Of a stretch of DNA of 64,000 nucleotides, positions 40,299 through 49,914 are shown in pieces. The translations under genes and the position numbers were made by a program. The notes under the pieces are model-generated. The model saw nothing but the letters and a program-made list of their open reading frames with translations. It did no database searches and had not been told where the DNA came from. Origin of the DNA: Candidatus Uhrbacteria bacterium (GTDB lineage: Bacteria > Patescibacteriota > Patescibacteriia > UBA9934). The stretch is taken from NCBI GenBank assembly GCA_018673485.1, contig JABHCP010000011.1:5417-69416 (forward strand), read 5' to 3'. Numbering within the stretch: position 1 is the first letter of the stretch; each line of letters opens with the position of its first letter.

Positions 40299-41290
40299 AT
40301 ATGATGAAAGAGAATGGCTACAGGGAAAAAATAGCATCTTATGCCAGATCTGCCATGGACAGGTTTGGTGAAGCTCGTAGGGAAGAAGTTGTAGTCACCG
40401 TACCATATTTAAAGCATGAAAATAGTTTTAGTGAAGCTCGTAGGGAAGAAGTTGTTTTAATGGTCAATGAATCCATTTCAGATGAGATAAGAGGCGCCAG
40501 CAGAGAAGAGCTCGAGACGATGCGTGGCGATTTAGATAAAGAACCATTTATTACAAGTGCGGAGGCGCATGAGCTTTTTATGTGTGACGCTGAAGATGAA
40601 GGGGTCGCTTTAGTTGATACAAAGGCTATTGTTGGAACTGTATCTGGAGCATTTAAAAATTGGGGTGATGAATATCAGTCAAGGAAGGGTCAGGTTGTAG
40701 ATGTTGCCGAATCCCTTATAAGCGGATCAGATGGGGATGTAGAACGGGTTTTTCATATGAATAGTCCGACGGGTGGTGTAAAGCTCAGAAAAATATCTGG
40801 ACCTAGCGGTGATTTATTTTTTTGTATTGATGGAACACATAGAACTGCCAGCGCGAAGTTGGTAAATCTTGGCGAGATGCCAGCCCGTGTTGAAAATGCA
40901 ACAAATCCAGAGTCTGTTAGTACAAGTGATAAATACGTAAAACGTGAATGGGAAGATAGGATCAAAAGAGGGCTCATAAAGGGGCGTATAGAAAAAGACG
41001 AATATGCTGAAGGTCATGATTCATATTCTCTTATCATTGAGTCTCAGGTATTACCTTGGATGGTGCTTTCACGTCACGGAATGAAGAAAATGACACGGGT
41101 ATATTTAGAAAAATATCCAGGATCGTTGGACGACTTAACAACTTTGGATGGTGAAAAAATACCGCCAGAAGCTTTAGTTGATGAGATAGCCATGAATTTT
41201 TTTATTGCAGGGGAGTGGGATGAATATACACGCAGACAAGAAGAGAAGAAGCTTAGAGAAGCAAGGGCTAATGCTAAGAGCGTTGTTTGA
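40295..41290 (+). CDS. ParB/Srx-fold nuclease-domain protein (DGxHR motif) with N-terminal tandem repeat
   Basis: FFCIDGTHRTASAKL matches ParB-like idGhHRl.Aa block; DNA repeat gaagctcgtagggaagaagttgt x2. Confidence 0.4.
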   Translation: MNMMKENGYREKIASYARSAMDRFGEARREEVVVTVPYLKHENSFSEARREEVVLMVNESISDEIRGASREELETMRGDLDKEPFITSAEAHELFMCDAEDEGVALVDTKAIVGTVSGAFKNWGDEYQSRKGQVVDVAESLISGSDGDVERVFHMNSPTGGVKLRKISGPSGDLFFCIDGTHRTASAKLVNLGEMPARVENATNPESVSTSDKYVKREWEDRIKRGLIKGRIEKDEYAEGHDSYSLIIESQVLPWMVLSRHGMKKMTRVYLEKYPGSLDDLTTLDGEKIPPEALVDEIAMNFFIAGEWDEYTRRQEEKKLREARANAKSVV

Positions 41291-41296
41291 CGTTGT

Positions 41297-41590
41297 GTGC
41301 GGATCTCGCCATTGCATAATTCTAGTTCGATATCGTTATTATCAAGTCATATGACAGACTGGTCAAGGATTTCCAGAAAAAAACAAACCATGCCTGGCTT
41401 TGTCTGCAAAGCTTTGCTTGAGGGTGGTTTAAGTAATGCATTTCAGCAAAGACCAGCGTATCAACAAAATGATTATCTATCATGGATTAAGCGAGCAAAA
41501 AGAAAGGAGACAACGGAAAAGCGCTTAAACCAACTTATTGAAGAATTGCGAAGTGGGGATACATATATGAACATGTATTGGAAAAAATAA
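41297..41590 (+). CDS. YdeI/OmpD-associated family (DUF1801-like) protein
   Basis: NDYLSWIKRAKRKETTEKRLNQLIEELRSG pattern. Confidence 0.45.
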   Translation: MRISPLHNSSSISLLSSHMTDWSRISRKKQTMPGFVCKALLEGGLSNAFQQRPAYQQNDYLSWIKRAKRKETTEKRLNQLIEELRSGDTYMNMYWKK

Positions 41591-41593
41591 TAA

Positions 41594-42187
41594 ATGAATA
41601 TGAGTATAGATATAAAGTACTTTGCATTTGATGCGGCTAAGGCCGATAAAAAATGGGACGAACTACTTCCCAATGTTGAGCGGCTTAGAAATCAGGAACC
41701 TGAACGTGGGGGTTCTGAGGAGGATTTTCGCATTCATGATTGGTTGAATAATAGGGATCCAAATCAGCGGGATCGCCATATTCAGTCTCTTGATCTAATG
41801 TTTGGTGATGTCGCCAGCGGAGTGATCGAAGAAGGAAAAAAGGAATACGGATTGGTTGAAATTCTTTCAGAGATTTTTTATAACAACAAAGCCTTCGAGC
41901 CAACGCGGGACTTAATTCTGAAAACTGCTGACATAACAGAGGAGCAGAAGGCATCAGCGGTCGAGGCGATCAAACAAGAGTTTGATTGTAATGATGACGA
42001 CGCACTCTACTTTCTAAGTCTCTACATTGTAGACACATCTGCGGTAGCGCGATCGCTTAAAGCAAATCCAAACTTTTTCTTCATTGTAGAAACAAACGGC
42101 GAAGTGCACTCAGCCGACCCAAGATCTAAAACTATGCTCAATGAAAGACTGGAAAGTTTACGAAATAAAATAGAAAAAGCAACTTAG
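41594..42187 (+). CDS. hypothetical protein
   Basis: ORF only. Confidence 0.45.
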   Translation: MNMSIDIKYFAFDAAKADKKWDELLPNVERLRNQEPERGGSEEDFRIHDWLNNRDPNQRDRHIQSLDLMFGDVASGVIEEGKKEYGLVEILSEIFYNNKAFEPTRDLILKTADITEEQKASAVEAIKQEFDCNDDDALYFLSLYIVDTSAVARSLKANPNFFFIVETNGEVHSADPRSKTMLNERLESLRNKIEKAT

Positions 42188-42209
42188 GCCTGTGATATAA
42201 TCTCTTCAT

Positions 42210-42491
42210 ATGAAAATATCAAAAGTCACCATCATCTCAATAGTACTATCCATAATTCTAGCGTCTCTGTCGACCCTCATAACAAAGGCCTACATTCTCA
42301 TTGAAGGAATGGAGGGGTATACCACCATGGGATTTCCGTTTGCGATGTTTACAGATCATTGGACTGATGTTGATGTGTTGAACAGTTTAGATATTCACTA
42401 TTTGGGAATCTTGGGGAATCTAGCTATTTATTTTGTTCTTGTGTTCGTCCTACTGAGCCTCATAAATAAGTACGGAGCGAAAAAATCATAA
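42210..42491 (+). CDS. small membrane protein
   Basis: two hydrophobic helices. Confidence 0.4.
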   Translation: MKISKVTIISIVLSIILASLSTLITKAYILIEGMEGYTTMGFPFAMFTDHWTDVDVLNSLDIHYLGILGNLAIYFVLVFVLLSLINKYGAKKS

Positions 42492-42506
42492 ATACAATCG
42501 ACAGTT

Positions 42507-43124
42507 ATGACCAAGCCTCAAAAAGAAAAGAAAGCCAACGAACCTAAGAAGTCCAAAAAGAAACTTGCGATAGCGGGGGGATGCTGTGGGATCGCCTTTG
42601 TAATATTTATTGCAGCGATGGTTCTCCTCACCGTACTCATGAGTCAAACATACTGGCCAAATGAAAATCTAGATGAGGTAGAATGGGTGCAATATGAAAA
42701 CTCCAACCTGGGAATCATTATGGACATTCCGAGTACATTTGACTACTTTGGAGGGTCTTACAGCAAGTCTTCATATGATGGCGAAGAATATTTCTACTCA
42801 AACAAAGTAGACGTTTGGTTTCAAGGTGAAACTATAGACGACAAAGGAATAGTTGAGACATATAGACAGTCAATGCAAATCACTGCTCATAATGGAGAAT
42901 TGCAACCATATGAATACGTGCCTCGTTTTTGCTCTTCAACGAAAGGTTGTCGAGACACAGATCAGGGAGACCTTTATACCCGTCCTGTACTGTATTTCAC
43001 CTTCAACAAAGACGGGCGGCGTGTTGATGTTCGGTTCGTAGGAAACTACGAACTCGACCCGATCGAAAAGATTATCTTGGACTCGATCGTAATAACAGAA
43101 GCAACCTTAGCCCCAACGGAATAA
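42507..43124 (+). CDS. hypothetical membrane-anchored protein
   Basis: K-rich N-terminus then TM helix. Confidence 0.45.
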   Translation: MTKPQKEKKANEPKKSKKKLAIAGGCCGIAFVIFIAAMVLLTVLMSQTYWPNENLDEVEWVQYENSNLGIIMDIPSTFDYFGGSYSKSSYDGEEYFYSNKVDVWFQGETIDDKGIVETYRQSMQITAHNGELQPYEYVPRFCSSTKGCRDTDQGDLYTRPVLYFTFNKDGRRVDVRFVGNYELDPIEKIILDSIVITEATLAPTE

Positions 43125-43135
43125 ATAAAACCACC

Positions 43136-43170
43136 AAAAGAGCTCGCACTTAACGCGAGCTCTTTTGTTT
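43136..43170. terminator. bidirectional terminator aaaa-gagctcgc-acttaac-gcgagctc-tttt
   Basis: 8-bp perfect stem with A-run and T-run. Confidence 0.7.
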
Positions 43171-43250
43171 ATTTCAACTAATCAATATTGACAAAAACCC
43201 ATTTCACCGGTAAGTTTTCCCTGAATTCGGACTCTCACATGGAGGTGAAC

Positions 43251-43985
43251 ATGTCCATTCATATCGGGGCCGAGAAGGGGCAGATTGCTTCCATCGTCCT
43301 CATGCCTGGTGACCCTATCCGAGCCCACTTCATCGCCGAGTACTTGTTCGGTCAGGGCGTCGAGCCAGTCCACAACGTCCGTGCGAACCCGTGCTTCACA
43401 GGCAGGGTAACACGCGATGGCGTGGAGCTCGAGGTCTCGGTTCAGGCGTCAGGCATGGGCATGCCTACTCTAGGCATCTACGCTACCGAGCTCTACGATG
43501 AGTTCGGCGTGAAGATCATCATCCGCGTCGGCACCTTCGGCATCATGCAAGCGGATCTGAAGCCTCGTGACCTGGCACTCGCCCAGTGCGCAAGTACGGA
43601 TGCGAGCTTCATCAGCCTTGAGTTCGGTGGTCGGAACTTTGCGCCTGGCGCAAACCCGGAACTCCTGTTCAACGCTCAGCTCGCTGCTCGCGACAAGGGG
43701 TGGAAGGTTCGTGCTGGCAACATCCTCAGCTCGGACTACTTCTACCACAAGCGCGACCCGGATGCCTGGAAGCTCTGGCAGAGCTACGGTGTGCTCGGTG
43801 TCGAGATGGAAGCCGCACGGCTCTACACCCTCGCCGCAGAAAGGGAGGGTTGTCGCGCCCTTGCCGTGCTCACGGCAAGTGATCATCTCGAAACCAATGA
43901 ACAGATGAGCGCTGATGAACGCGCCACCTGCTTCCCACGCATGGTCGAGCTCGCACTTGCGAGCGCGATACCACTCTACCGCTGA
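43251..43985 (+). CDS. deoD: purine nucleoside phosphorylase, DeoD type; GC-rich foreign-composition gene
   Basis: VLMPGDPIRA, GMGMPT, GVEMEAA motifs; GGAGGTG RBS; about 60 percent GC; TTGACA at 43188 about 40 nt upstream. Confidence 0.8.
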   Translation: MSIHIGAEKGQIASIVLMPGDPIRAHFIAEYLFGQGVEPVHNVRANPCFTGRVTRDGVELEVSVQASGMGMPTLGIYATELYDEFGVKIIIRVGTFGIMQADLKPRDLALAQCASTDASFISLEFGGRNFAPGANPELLFNAQLAARDKGWKVRAGNILSSDYFYHKRDPDAWKLWQSYGVLGVEMEAARLYTLAAEREGCRALAVLTASDHLETNEQMSADERATCFPRMVELALASAIPLYR

Positions 43986-44115
43986 TTCTTGACCGACCTG
44001 CTGATCTTCCGCCTTGCTCCTCGAGCTGGGCGGGCTTTTGCTTTAAAATATCGCAACATCTGCACAAGTATTCAGATTAGTGCTATTATTAGATCATTAA
44101 ACATTGAATTATATT

Positions 44116-44181
44116 ATGGCTAAAGGAAAGAATGCTCGTAAAGAGGTGAAGAAACCAAAAAAGAGCGCAAAGAAGAAGTAA
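44116..44181 (+). CDS. candidate leader peptide MAKGKNARKEVKKPKKSAKKK upstream of ABC-F gene
   Basis: 21-codon ORF followed 18 nt later by strong terminator hairpin. Confidence 0.35.
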   Translation: MAKGKNARKEVKKPKKSAKKK

Positions 44182-44198
44182 AAGTATTGGATCGTGAA

Positions 44199-44231
44199 GC
44201 GACGCAGGAGAACCTCGTCGTTTTTCTTTTT
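44199..44231 (+). terminator. attenuator-like rho-independent terminator in ABC-F leader
   Basis: cgacgcagg-agaa-cctcgtcg stem then tttttcttttt. Confidence 0.6.
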
Positions 44232-44268
44232 CGACAAATCATCGATTATTTGATAGATTCTGTTCACT

Positions 44269-46062
44269 ATGGCGCAGCCTTTACTCGAAGTTAATGGCGT
44301 TTCAAAGACCTACGGAAAGCAGGTTGTTCTTAACGATATCTCTTTTCAGATAGCCCAAGGAAAAAAGATTGCACTAATTGGCCGCAACGGAGCAGGGAAG
44401 TCAACTTTGTTGAAAATTCTAATCGATGAAGTTGAAGCTGATACGGGTAGCGTAAAATTATTTGACTGGACAAGAGTCGGTGTCATTCATCAAAATGAAG
44501 TTTTACCAACAAACAAATCATCCTTGGAGTATTTAGAAGAGCTAAGCGCCAAGCCTTCATGGGAAGTGCGTAAATTAGGAGCCAAGTTTGGCCTGCACGA
44601 TGATCACCTCACAAAATCACCCGGACAGCTCTCAGGGGGCTACCAGATGCGAATAAAGCTAACTGGAATGTTTTTGCAAGACCCGAACTTATTGTTCTTG
44701 GACGAGCCTGTCAACTATCTGGACTTGCAAACTATTTTATTGCTTGAAAATGTTTTAGCTGACTACAAGGGCAGTTTTGTTCTTGTAGCGCATGACCGAA
44801 CTTTTCTGCAAAACACTTGTGATGCGGTTTATGAGATTGAACGCGGAAAACTCACAACGTACAATGGTGACATCCAATCATTTTTAAAATGGAAGCAGGA
44901 GCAAGCCGAATTCACACTTCGCACGAATAAAAAGCTAGTAAAAGAAATGAAGCATCATCAAAAATTTGTTGATCGTTTTGGTTCAAAGGCAAGCTTGGCC
45001 AGCCGAGCACAGAATAAGGTGAAGCATATTTCACGACTTCGATCGAAAATTGTAAAAATAGATGTCGACCTCGCAACTACCAATATTTACATTCCTTCAA
45101 AAGAAGCACACCCCGGTGTTGCTTTGCATGTTGAAGATTTGTCCATCGGATATGAAGAGAATGTACTGAGTAAAGACATATCATTTAGTATCAATCGTGG
45201 CGAGAAGGTGGTAATAGTTGGTGAAAACGGAGCAGGGAAGTCAACACTACTGAAAAGCATCGTTGGGAAAATCAAACCACTGAGCGGTGAGGTTAAATGG
45301 TGGAAACATTCAAGTGTTGGATATTACGACCAGTTAACAAGCTCATCACTTGATGACCGTAATACCGTACTCGATCACCTAACTGAAAGTGCCGATAGTG
45401 CAACATCAGCTGAGCAAATACTCATGATGGCAGGAAACTTCTTATTTAAAGGTGACGACTTGGATAAGCGAGTCAACGTTCTGTCAGGTGGTGAACGTGC
45501 ACGGCTCGCACTCGCCGGCGTGCTTTTGAAAACTCACAATGTTCTGATTTTGGACGAGCCCACCAACCACATGGATGTTGAAACTACTGACGGGTTAGCG
45601 CTAGCACTCAAAAACTATAAAGGCACGGTTATATTTGTTTCGCATGCCCGAACTTTCGTAAGTACACTAGTTGATCGAATCATCGAGGTTCGACACGAGT
45701 CAGTTCGAGAATACATGGGAACTTACGATGAGCATGTTGAAAATGTGATGGAGTTGATGCGCGAGGATGTAAGTGATGCAAATTCAGACTTATCAGATGA
45801 GGGTAAAAGTGGAGATCAAGCATCGCGCAAAGAAAATTATGCGCTAGTAAAAGAAAAGCAACGTGAGCTAAAACGAATCGACGCTCAAATTCAAGTGTTC
45901 GAGTTGGAAAAAAGCGACATTCTAAAATTCTTTTTCGAAAATCCCACAGACTACTCACCACCCCGAGCCCAACGACTAGGACAACTAAAAGATGAACTAG
46001 AAGCAATTGAGAGTAAATGGGTGAAAATTTCAGAAGAGATCGAAGCTCTTAGACAAAACTAA
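44269..46062 (+). CDS. ABC-F family ATPase (two ABC domains, no TMD)
   Basis: two Walker A (GRNGAGKST, GENGAGKST) and two LSGG signatures. Confidence 0.85.
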   Translation: MAQPLLEVNGVSKTYGKQVVLNDISFQIAQGKKIALIGRNGAGKSTLLKILIDEVEADTGSVKLFDWTRVGVIHQNEVLPTNKSSLEYLEELSAKPSWEVRKLGAKFGLHDDHLTKSPGQLSGGYQMRIKLTGMFLQDPNLLFLDEPVNYLDLQTILLLENVLADYKGSFVLVAHDRTFLQNTCDAVYEIERGKLTTYNGDIQSFLKWKQEQAEFTLRTNKKLVKEMKHHQKFVDRFGSKASLASRAQNKVKHISRLRSKIVKIDVDLATTNIYIPSKEAHPGVALHVEDLSIGYEENVLSKDISFSINRGEKVVIVGENGAGKSTLLKSIVGKIKPLSGEVKWWKHSSVGYYDQLTSSSLDDRNTVLDHLTESADSATSAEQILMMAGNFLFKGDDLDKRVNVLSGGERARLALAGVLLKTHNVLILDEPTNHMDVETTDGLALALKNYKGTVIFVSHARTFVSTLVDRIIEVRHESVREYMGTYDEHVENVMELMREDVSDANSDLSDEGKSGDQASRKENYALVKEKQRELKRIDAQIQVFELEKSDILKFFFENPTDYSPPRAQRLGQLKDELEAIESKWVKISEEIEALRQN

Positions 46063-46109
46063 AGATAAAAACAACTCAATATCATCTCGGCTTCGTTGAA
46101 ACTACAATT

Positions 46110-46147
46110 TTTTTCACTTATGTCCCGATCGGGACATAAGTGAAAAA
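46110..46147. repeat. 38-bp perfect palindrome tttttcacttatgtcccgat|cgggacataagtgaaaaa
   Basis: read directly; CGATCG centre. Confidence 0.75.
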
Positions 46148-46183
46148 TTACATATTCGATACGATCGCCTCAAATATGTAATA

Positions 46184-46229
46184 TTTTGACTTCACTTAAG
46201 GTCCGATCGGACCTTATGTGAAGTCAAAA
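46184..46229. repeat. 46-bp near-perfect palindrome ttttgacttcacttaaggtccgat|cggaccttatgtgaagtcaaaa
   Basis: one mismatch; CGATCG centre. Confidence 0.75.
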
Positions 46230-46301
46230 GGAAACTCCAATATTGAAAAACGAGAGTTTCCTATAAAAAACAAGCGGTTTTATACCGCTTGTTTTTTTAA
46301 T

Positions 46302-46955
46302 TTACTTTTTCTTTGGTGCCGGCTTCTTCTTTGCTACTGACTTTTTAGCAGGCTTTTTCTTAGCAGGCTTCTTTGGTGCCGGCTTCTTTACTGCTGGCTT
46401 CTTTTCCTTTTTTGGTTTCACTTCTTTCTTAGCTTTCTTTTCAGCTTTCTCAAGCTTCTTAACTTCCTCTTTCTGAACTTCTACCTCGATCTCATCCTCA
46501 TCAAAGTCGTCAGCGTAAAGCTCATCTTCAACTTCAGAGATTGCTCCAGTAAGCTCAGTTAGAAGCTTGATCATGTGATCCATCTTCACAACCATTGTCT
46601 TTAGGTGCTTTTCTACCTCCTTACCACCTGAATCTGGTGCTGGTCGCTGTCCTCGTGACCGGTCATCTCGTCGTGGTCGGTCAGAACCTCTAGATCGGTC
46701 ATTGTCTCGGCCTCGATCTCTATCACCACCCTCATCATCTCTTACGAAACAATCAGAACAGTAAATTGGCTTTCGACCGTTTGGCTTAAATGGAACTTCG
46801 CATGAAGTATTACACTTCGCACACGTTGCAGGATGCATCTGTGGTCGATCGTTTCCGTAACCACCTCGATCAGAACCACGGTTAGAACCACCACCTCTAG
46901 AGTTGCCTCCGCCTCTCCAGTTATCAAAACTCGAATCATTATTGTAATTTCCCAT
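46302..46955 (-). CDS. RG-rich CxxC-x17-CxxC zinc-ribbon protein (VPF-P...RP-YC motif) with acidic linker and histone H1-like KPAxKK tail
   Basis: CAKCNTSCEVPFKPNGRKPIYCSDCF; C-terminal KKPAPKKPAKKKPAKK repeats. Confidence 0.6.
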   Translation of the reverse strand: MGNYNNDSSFDNWRGGGNSRGGGSNRGSDRGGYGNDRPQMHPATCAKCNTSCEVPFKPNGRKPIYCSDCFVRDDEGGDRDRGRDNDRSRGSDRPRRDDRSRGQRPAPDSGGKEVEKHLKTMVVKMDHMIKLLTELTGAISEVEDELYADDFDEDEIEVEVQKEEVKKLEKAEKKAKKEVKPKKEKKPAVKKPAPKKPAKKKPAKKSVAKKKPAPKKK

Positions 46956-46962
46956 ATATTTT

Positions 46963-48420
46963 TTATTTCTTTAGCTTGGACAGGTCTATTGTTTGATTAA
47001 ATTGAATCTGTTTAACAAAGTCTTGCGCGTGACTTACTACTATCAGACACCCTTCATAATTATCTAGTGCGCGAGCGATGACTGGCAGATGCCGGAAGTT
47101 GATGTGATTAGTCGGCTCATCAAAGATTAACAGTCCAGGCTCTTGAAGCACGAATCGAGCAAAGCACAGTAATCCTTTTTGACCTTCGGACAATGCGCCA
47201 ACTGGAGTCGCAAGCGCCGCACCTCCGAGCAAGAACTTGGCACCAGTGTGCCGAATCACTTGATCGTCTGGTTCGTGCATCATTGAGGCAAGGGAAGCAT
47301 ATGCGGTCTGTTCGAAGTCGAGTCCAGAAAAGTCCTGCTTGTAGTATCCAACTTTCACATCCTCTGCGATAACCGCATGTGGATCCTCGCGGGAGTCCAG
47401 CGCACGTAACAGAGTGCTTTTACCAATTCCATTTGGGCCCTCGATTAATACATGATCATCTTTTCTGAAACTGATCTCTACATTAGCTAGGTGGGCTTCA
47501 TGGTTTTCGATAACCTTGACCTGAGTCAGATCAACAACGCTACCTTTAACGTCCTGCGCGGGAATACTAAAGTCTCCGATTGTTCTGTCATCACGTCGCA
47601 CACCGACCATGCTTGACTCTGCCTCAGCTACCTCGTCTCGAAGTTTACTGGCGAGCTTTCTCATTTTTCCACCTTTGTGTGCAAAAAAGTTAATCTTATC
47701 CTTTCTGTCTTGGATTGTTTTGAGCAACTGAGCATTCTTGGCGCGATCACGCTCAACACGTGCAGAAATCTCCTCCACAACATCAGTATAATTACCATCA
47801 TACTTGTCGATTTTCTTATTGTATACATCAAGGTGCAAAACCCCTTCTGTAAAACTGTTTAGAAAATCAGCATCATGAGAAATAACTAACGCTGTTTTTG
47901 GATACATGATCAAAAAGACTGTAAGATGATCAATTCCATCGCGATCAAGATTGTTCGTCGGCTCGTCAAGCAACAAAATGTCTGGCTCCTGAATCAATGC
48001 GTAGGCAAGCAACAGTCGAGCCTGTTGGCCACCGGACAATTCACCCACGACCTTATCAAGCTTAGTGTTGAAGTTTACAACTTCGAGGACATCTGCAATT
48101 CGTTTATCAAGATTATGAGGAACTTCTTCAAAAGACTGGGCAAAATATTCACGCACGGTCCGTTCTAAATCCTCACGCAACATTACCTGCTTGGTTGCAG
48201 CGATGGTTGCATCTTTTGAGAAATGGATCTGACCTTTGTCAGGTTTGAGCTCTCCAGTGATCAATTTAAAGATCGTACTTTTTCCGGCACCGTTTTGACC
48301 CATAAGTGTCAGCTTTGCATCTTCACGTACAGAAAAACAAGCCTCTTTCAAAAGTGGTTTTTCTGTTACATAACCGAAGGTTACATCTTCAAAACGTACA
48401 CTTACTTTTCCTTGTGCCAT
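46963..48420 (-). CDS. ABC-F family ATPase (second paralog; ORF opens 48480)
   Basis: two ABC domains with LSGGQQARLLLA signature. Confidence 0.8.
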   Translation of the reverse strand: MAQGKVSVRFEDVTFGYVTEKPLLKEACFSVREDAKLTLMGQNGAGKSTIFKLITGELKPDKGQIHFSKDATIAATKQVMLREDLERTVREYFAQSFEEVPHNLDKRIADVLEVVNFNTKLDKVVGELSGGQQARLLLAYALIQEPDILLLDEPTNNLDRDGIDHLTVFLIMYPKTALVISHDADFLNSFTEGVLHLDVYNKKIDKYDGNYTDVVEEISARVERDRAKNAQLLKTIQDRKDKINFFAHKGGKMRKLASKLRDEVAEAESSMVGVRRDDRTIGDFSIPAQDVKGSVVDLTQVKVIENHEAHLANVEISFRKDDHVLIEGPNGIGKSTLLRALDSREDPHAVIAEDVKVGYYKQDFSGLDFEQTAYASLASMMHEPDDQVIRHTGAKFLLGGAALATPVGALSEGQKGLLCFARFVLQEPGLLIFDEPTNHINFRHLPVIARALDNYEGCLIVVSHAQDFVKQIQFNQTIDLSKLKK

Positions 48421-48582
48421 AGCAGCGCAATGTATACCACATAATCCAGATGATTGCAATAGCAATACCCACATCGACAACTCTCAATAGTTAGCTAAAC
48501 TTAGGGGGTTTAGCCTTAAAATATGATATTATCAATCTATCGAAAAACATTATCTTTCCATACCCTTAATTTAACAATAAAT

Positions 48583-49914
48583 ATGCGTGATAAGCAGATG
48601 CGTTCAAAGTACTTTTTGAAAACGTCATTGGCAATTTTTGTCTTGGTCGTCATTTCATCTTTTGGGTCACTAAAACAGGCGATTGGATCCGCAGATTGCT
48701 GGAATATACACATGGTCGATCAATATGCGCTATGTAGTCAGGCTGACCTTCAGTGCTCGTATGACTGCATGGATCTTGGGGTACAAGGCGATGAGCTCTA
48801 TGCATGTTGGGACGCATGTGAAGTATCTCGAGCGGCGTGCACTGCGCAAGCCATCGCTGATCACTCAGCATGCGTGTATGGGCCAAGCGAGCCTGAACCT
48901 GAAGCGGTCGAGATAATCGAATATGCAGAACCTGAGATAGAGGTTTATGAATTAATTGAAGAACCCGTAGCAACCGAGCCCGAGGAGCTAGAAGAAGAGG
49001 TGATAGTGCAAGAACCTATTCTCGAGCCTGCTTTAGAAATTCTAGAGACCCCAGAGCAGCCCGAACTTTTTGAGTCAGAAGATGATTTAATAGATGCCAT
49101 TCAATCGAATGAAGAATATCAAGAAGCGCAGGCAGAGCTCGCTGGCACAAATCAGTATGATGTTGAGCTAATCACTGGGGATGTTTTTGGTGAAGATGTT
49201 GTAGATGCCTTGGATCAAGTTAAACAAGATCTCAATCTTACTCCAGAGCAAGAAAAAACAGCTGATGATTATCTGCAGATGTCACGATCAGGACTTGAGA
49301 CTATTCAAGATATGGCGAGTAGGTATAAAGATATTAGTGAATTCAATGACACTATTGAGTTAATCAAAAAAGGTGAACATGGTAAGTATAATAAGCTTGG
49401 CCTACTAACTGACACAGTCAAAACTCTTGTCGACTATGCAGACATGCGAGATAAAGGGGTGTCAGTTGAAAACGCTACAGCAAAAGCGACAATGGATAAT
49501 TTTGGTACCAGCCTTGTAACACTCATCCCTGTTCTAAAAGCAATTGACGTAGTCGCAACAACACCAGATGCTGTTATGGGATACCTTGGAATTGATAAGG
49601 ATAACTTCATACGCAAATACATCACCGCAGGTTTTATAAAAAAATTCGCACCGAGCGATGTGATAAAAGAAACTACAAATTTAATGATTCAAGATGACTG
49701 GTCAGACATCGGCAACGCACTTACTCATGGTTGGAATCAGGTGGTAGATGCTGAAGGATTCGTCGATACCACATTTGAATCTGGTAAATTACTCGCAGGT
49801 AGCTTAGGTGCCGCTGCAGTCGCATCAGTTAGTGTAGTACGCGATGTAGGTACAGGTGTAGTTTACATTGCCGATGCAGTCGTAGGTTTTGTTGGAAACA
49901 TATTCTCATTCTAA
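48583..49914 (+). CDS. secreted Cys-rich protein with acidic Pro/Glu-rich linker
   Basis: signal peptide after MRDKQMRSKYF; PEPE-rich region. Confidence 0.5.
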   Translation: MRDKQMRSKYFLKTSLAIFVLVVISSFGSLKQAIGSADCWNIHMVDQYALCSQADLQCSYDCMDLGVQGDELYACWDACEVSRAACTAQAIADHSACVYGPSEPEPEAVEIIEYAEPEIEVYELIEEPVATEPEELEEEVIVQEPILEPALEILETPEQPELFESEDDLIDAIQSNEEYQEAQAELAGTNQYDVELITGDVFGEDVVDALDQVKQDLNLTPEQEKTADDYLQMSRSGLETIQDMASRYKDISEFNDTIELIKKGEHGKYNKLGLLTDTVKTLVDYADMRDKGVSVENATAKATMDNFGTSLVTLIPVLKAIDVVATTPDAVMGYLGIDKDNFIRKYITAGFIKKFAPSDVIKETTNLMIQDDWSDIGNALTHGWNQVVDAEGFVDTTFESGKLLAGSLGAAAVASVSVVRDVGTGVVYIADAVVGFVGNIFSF

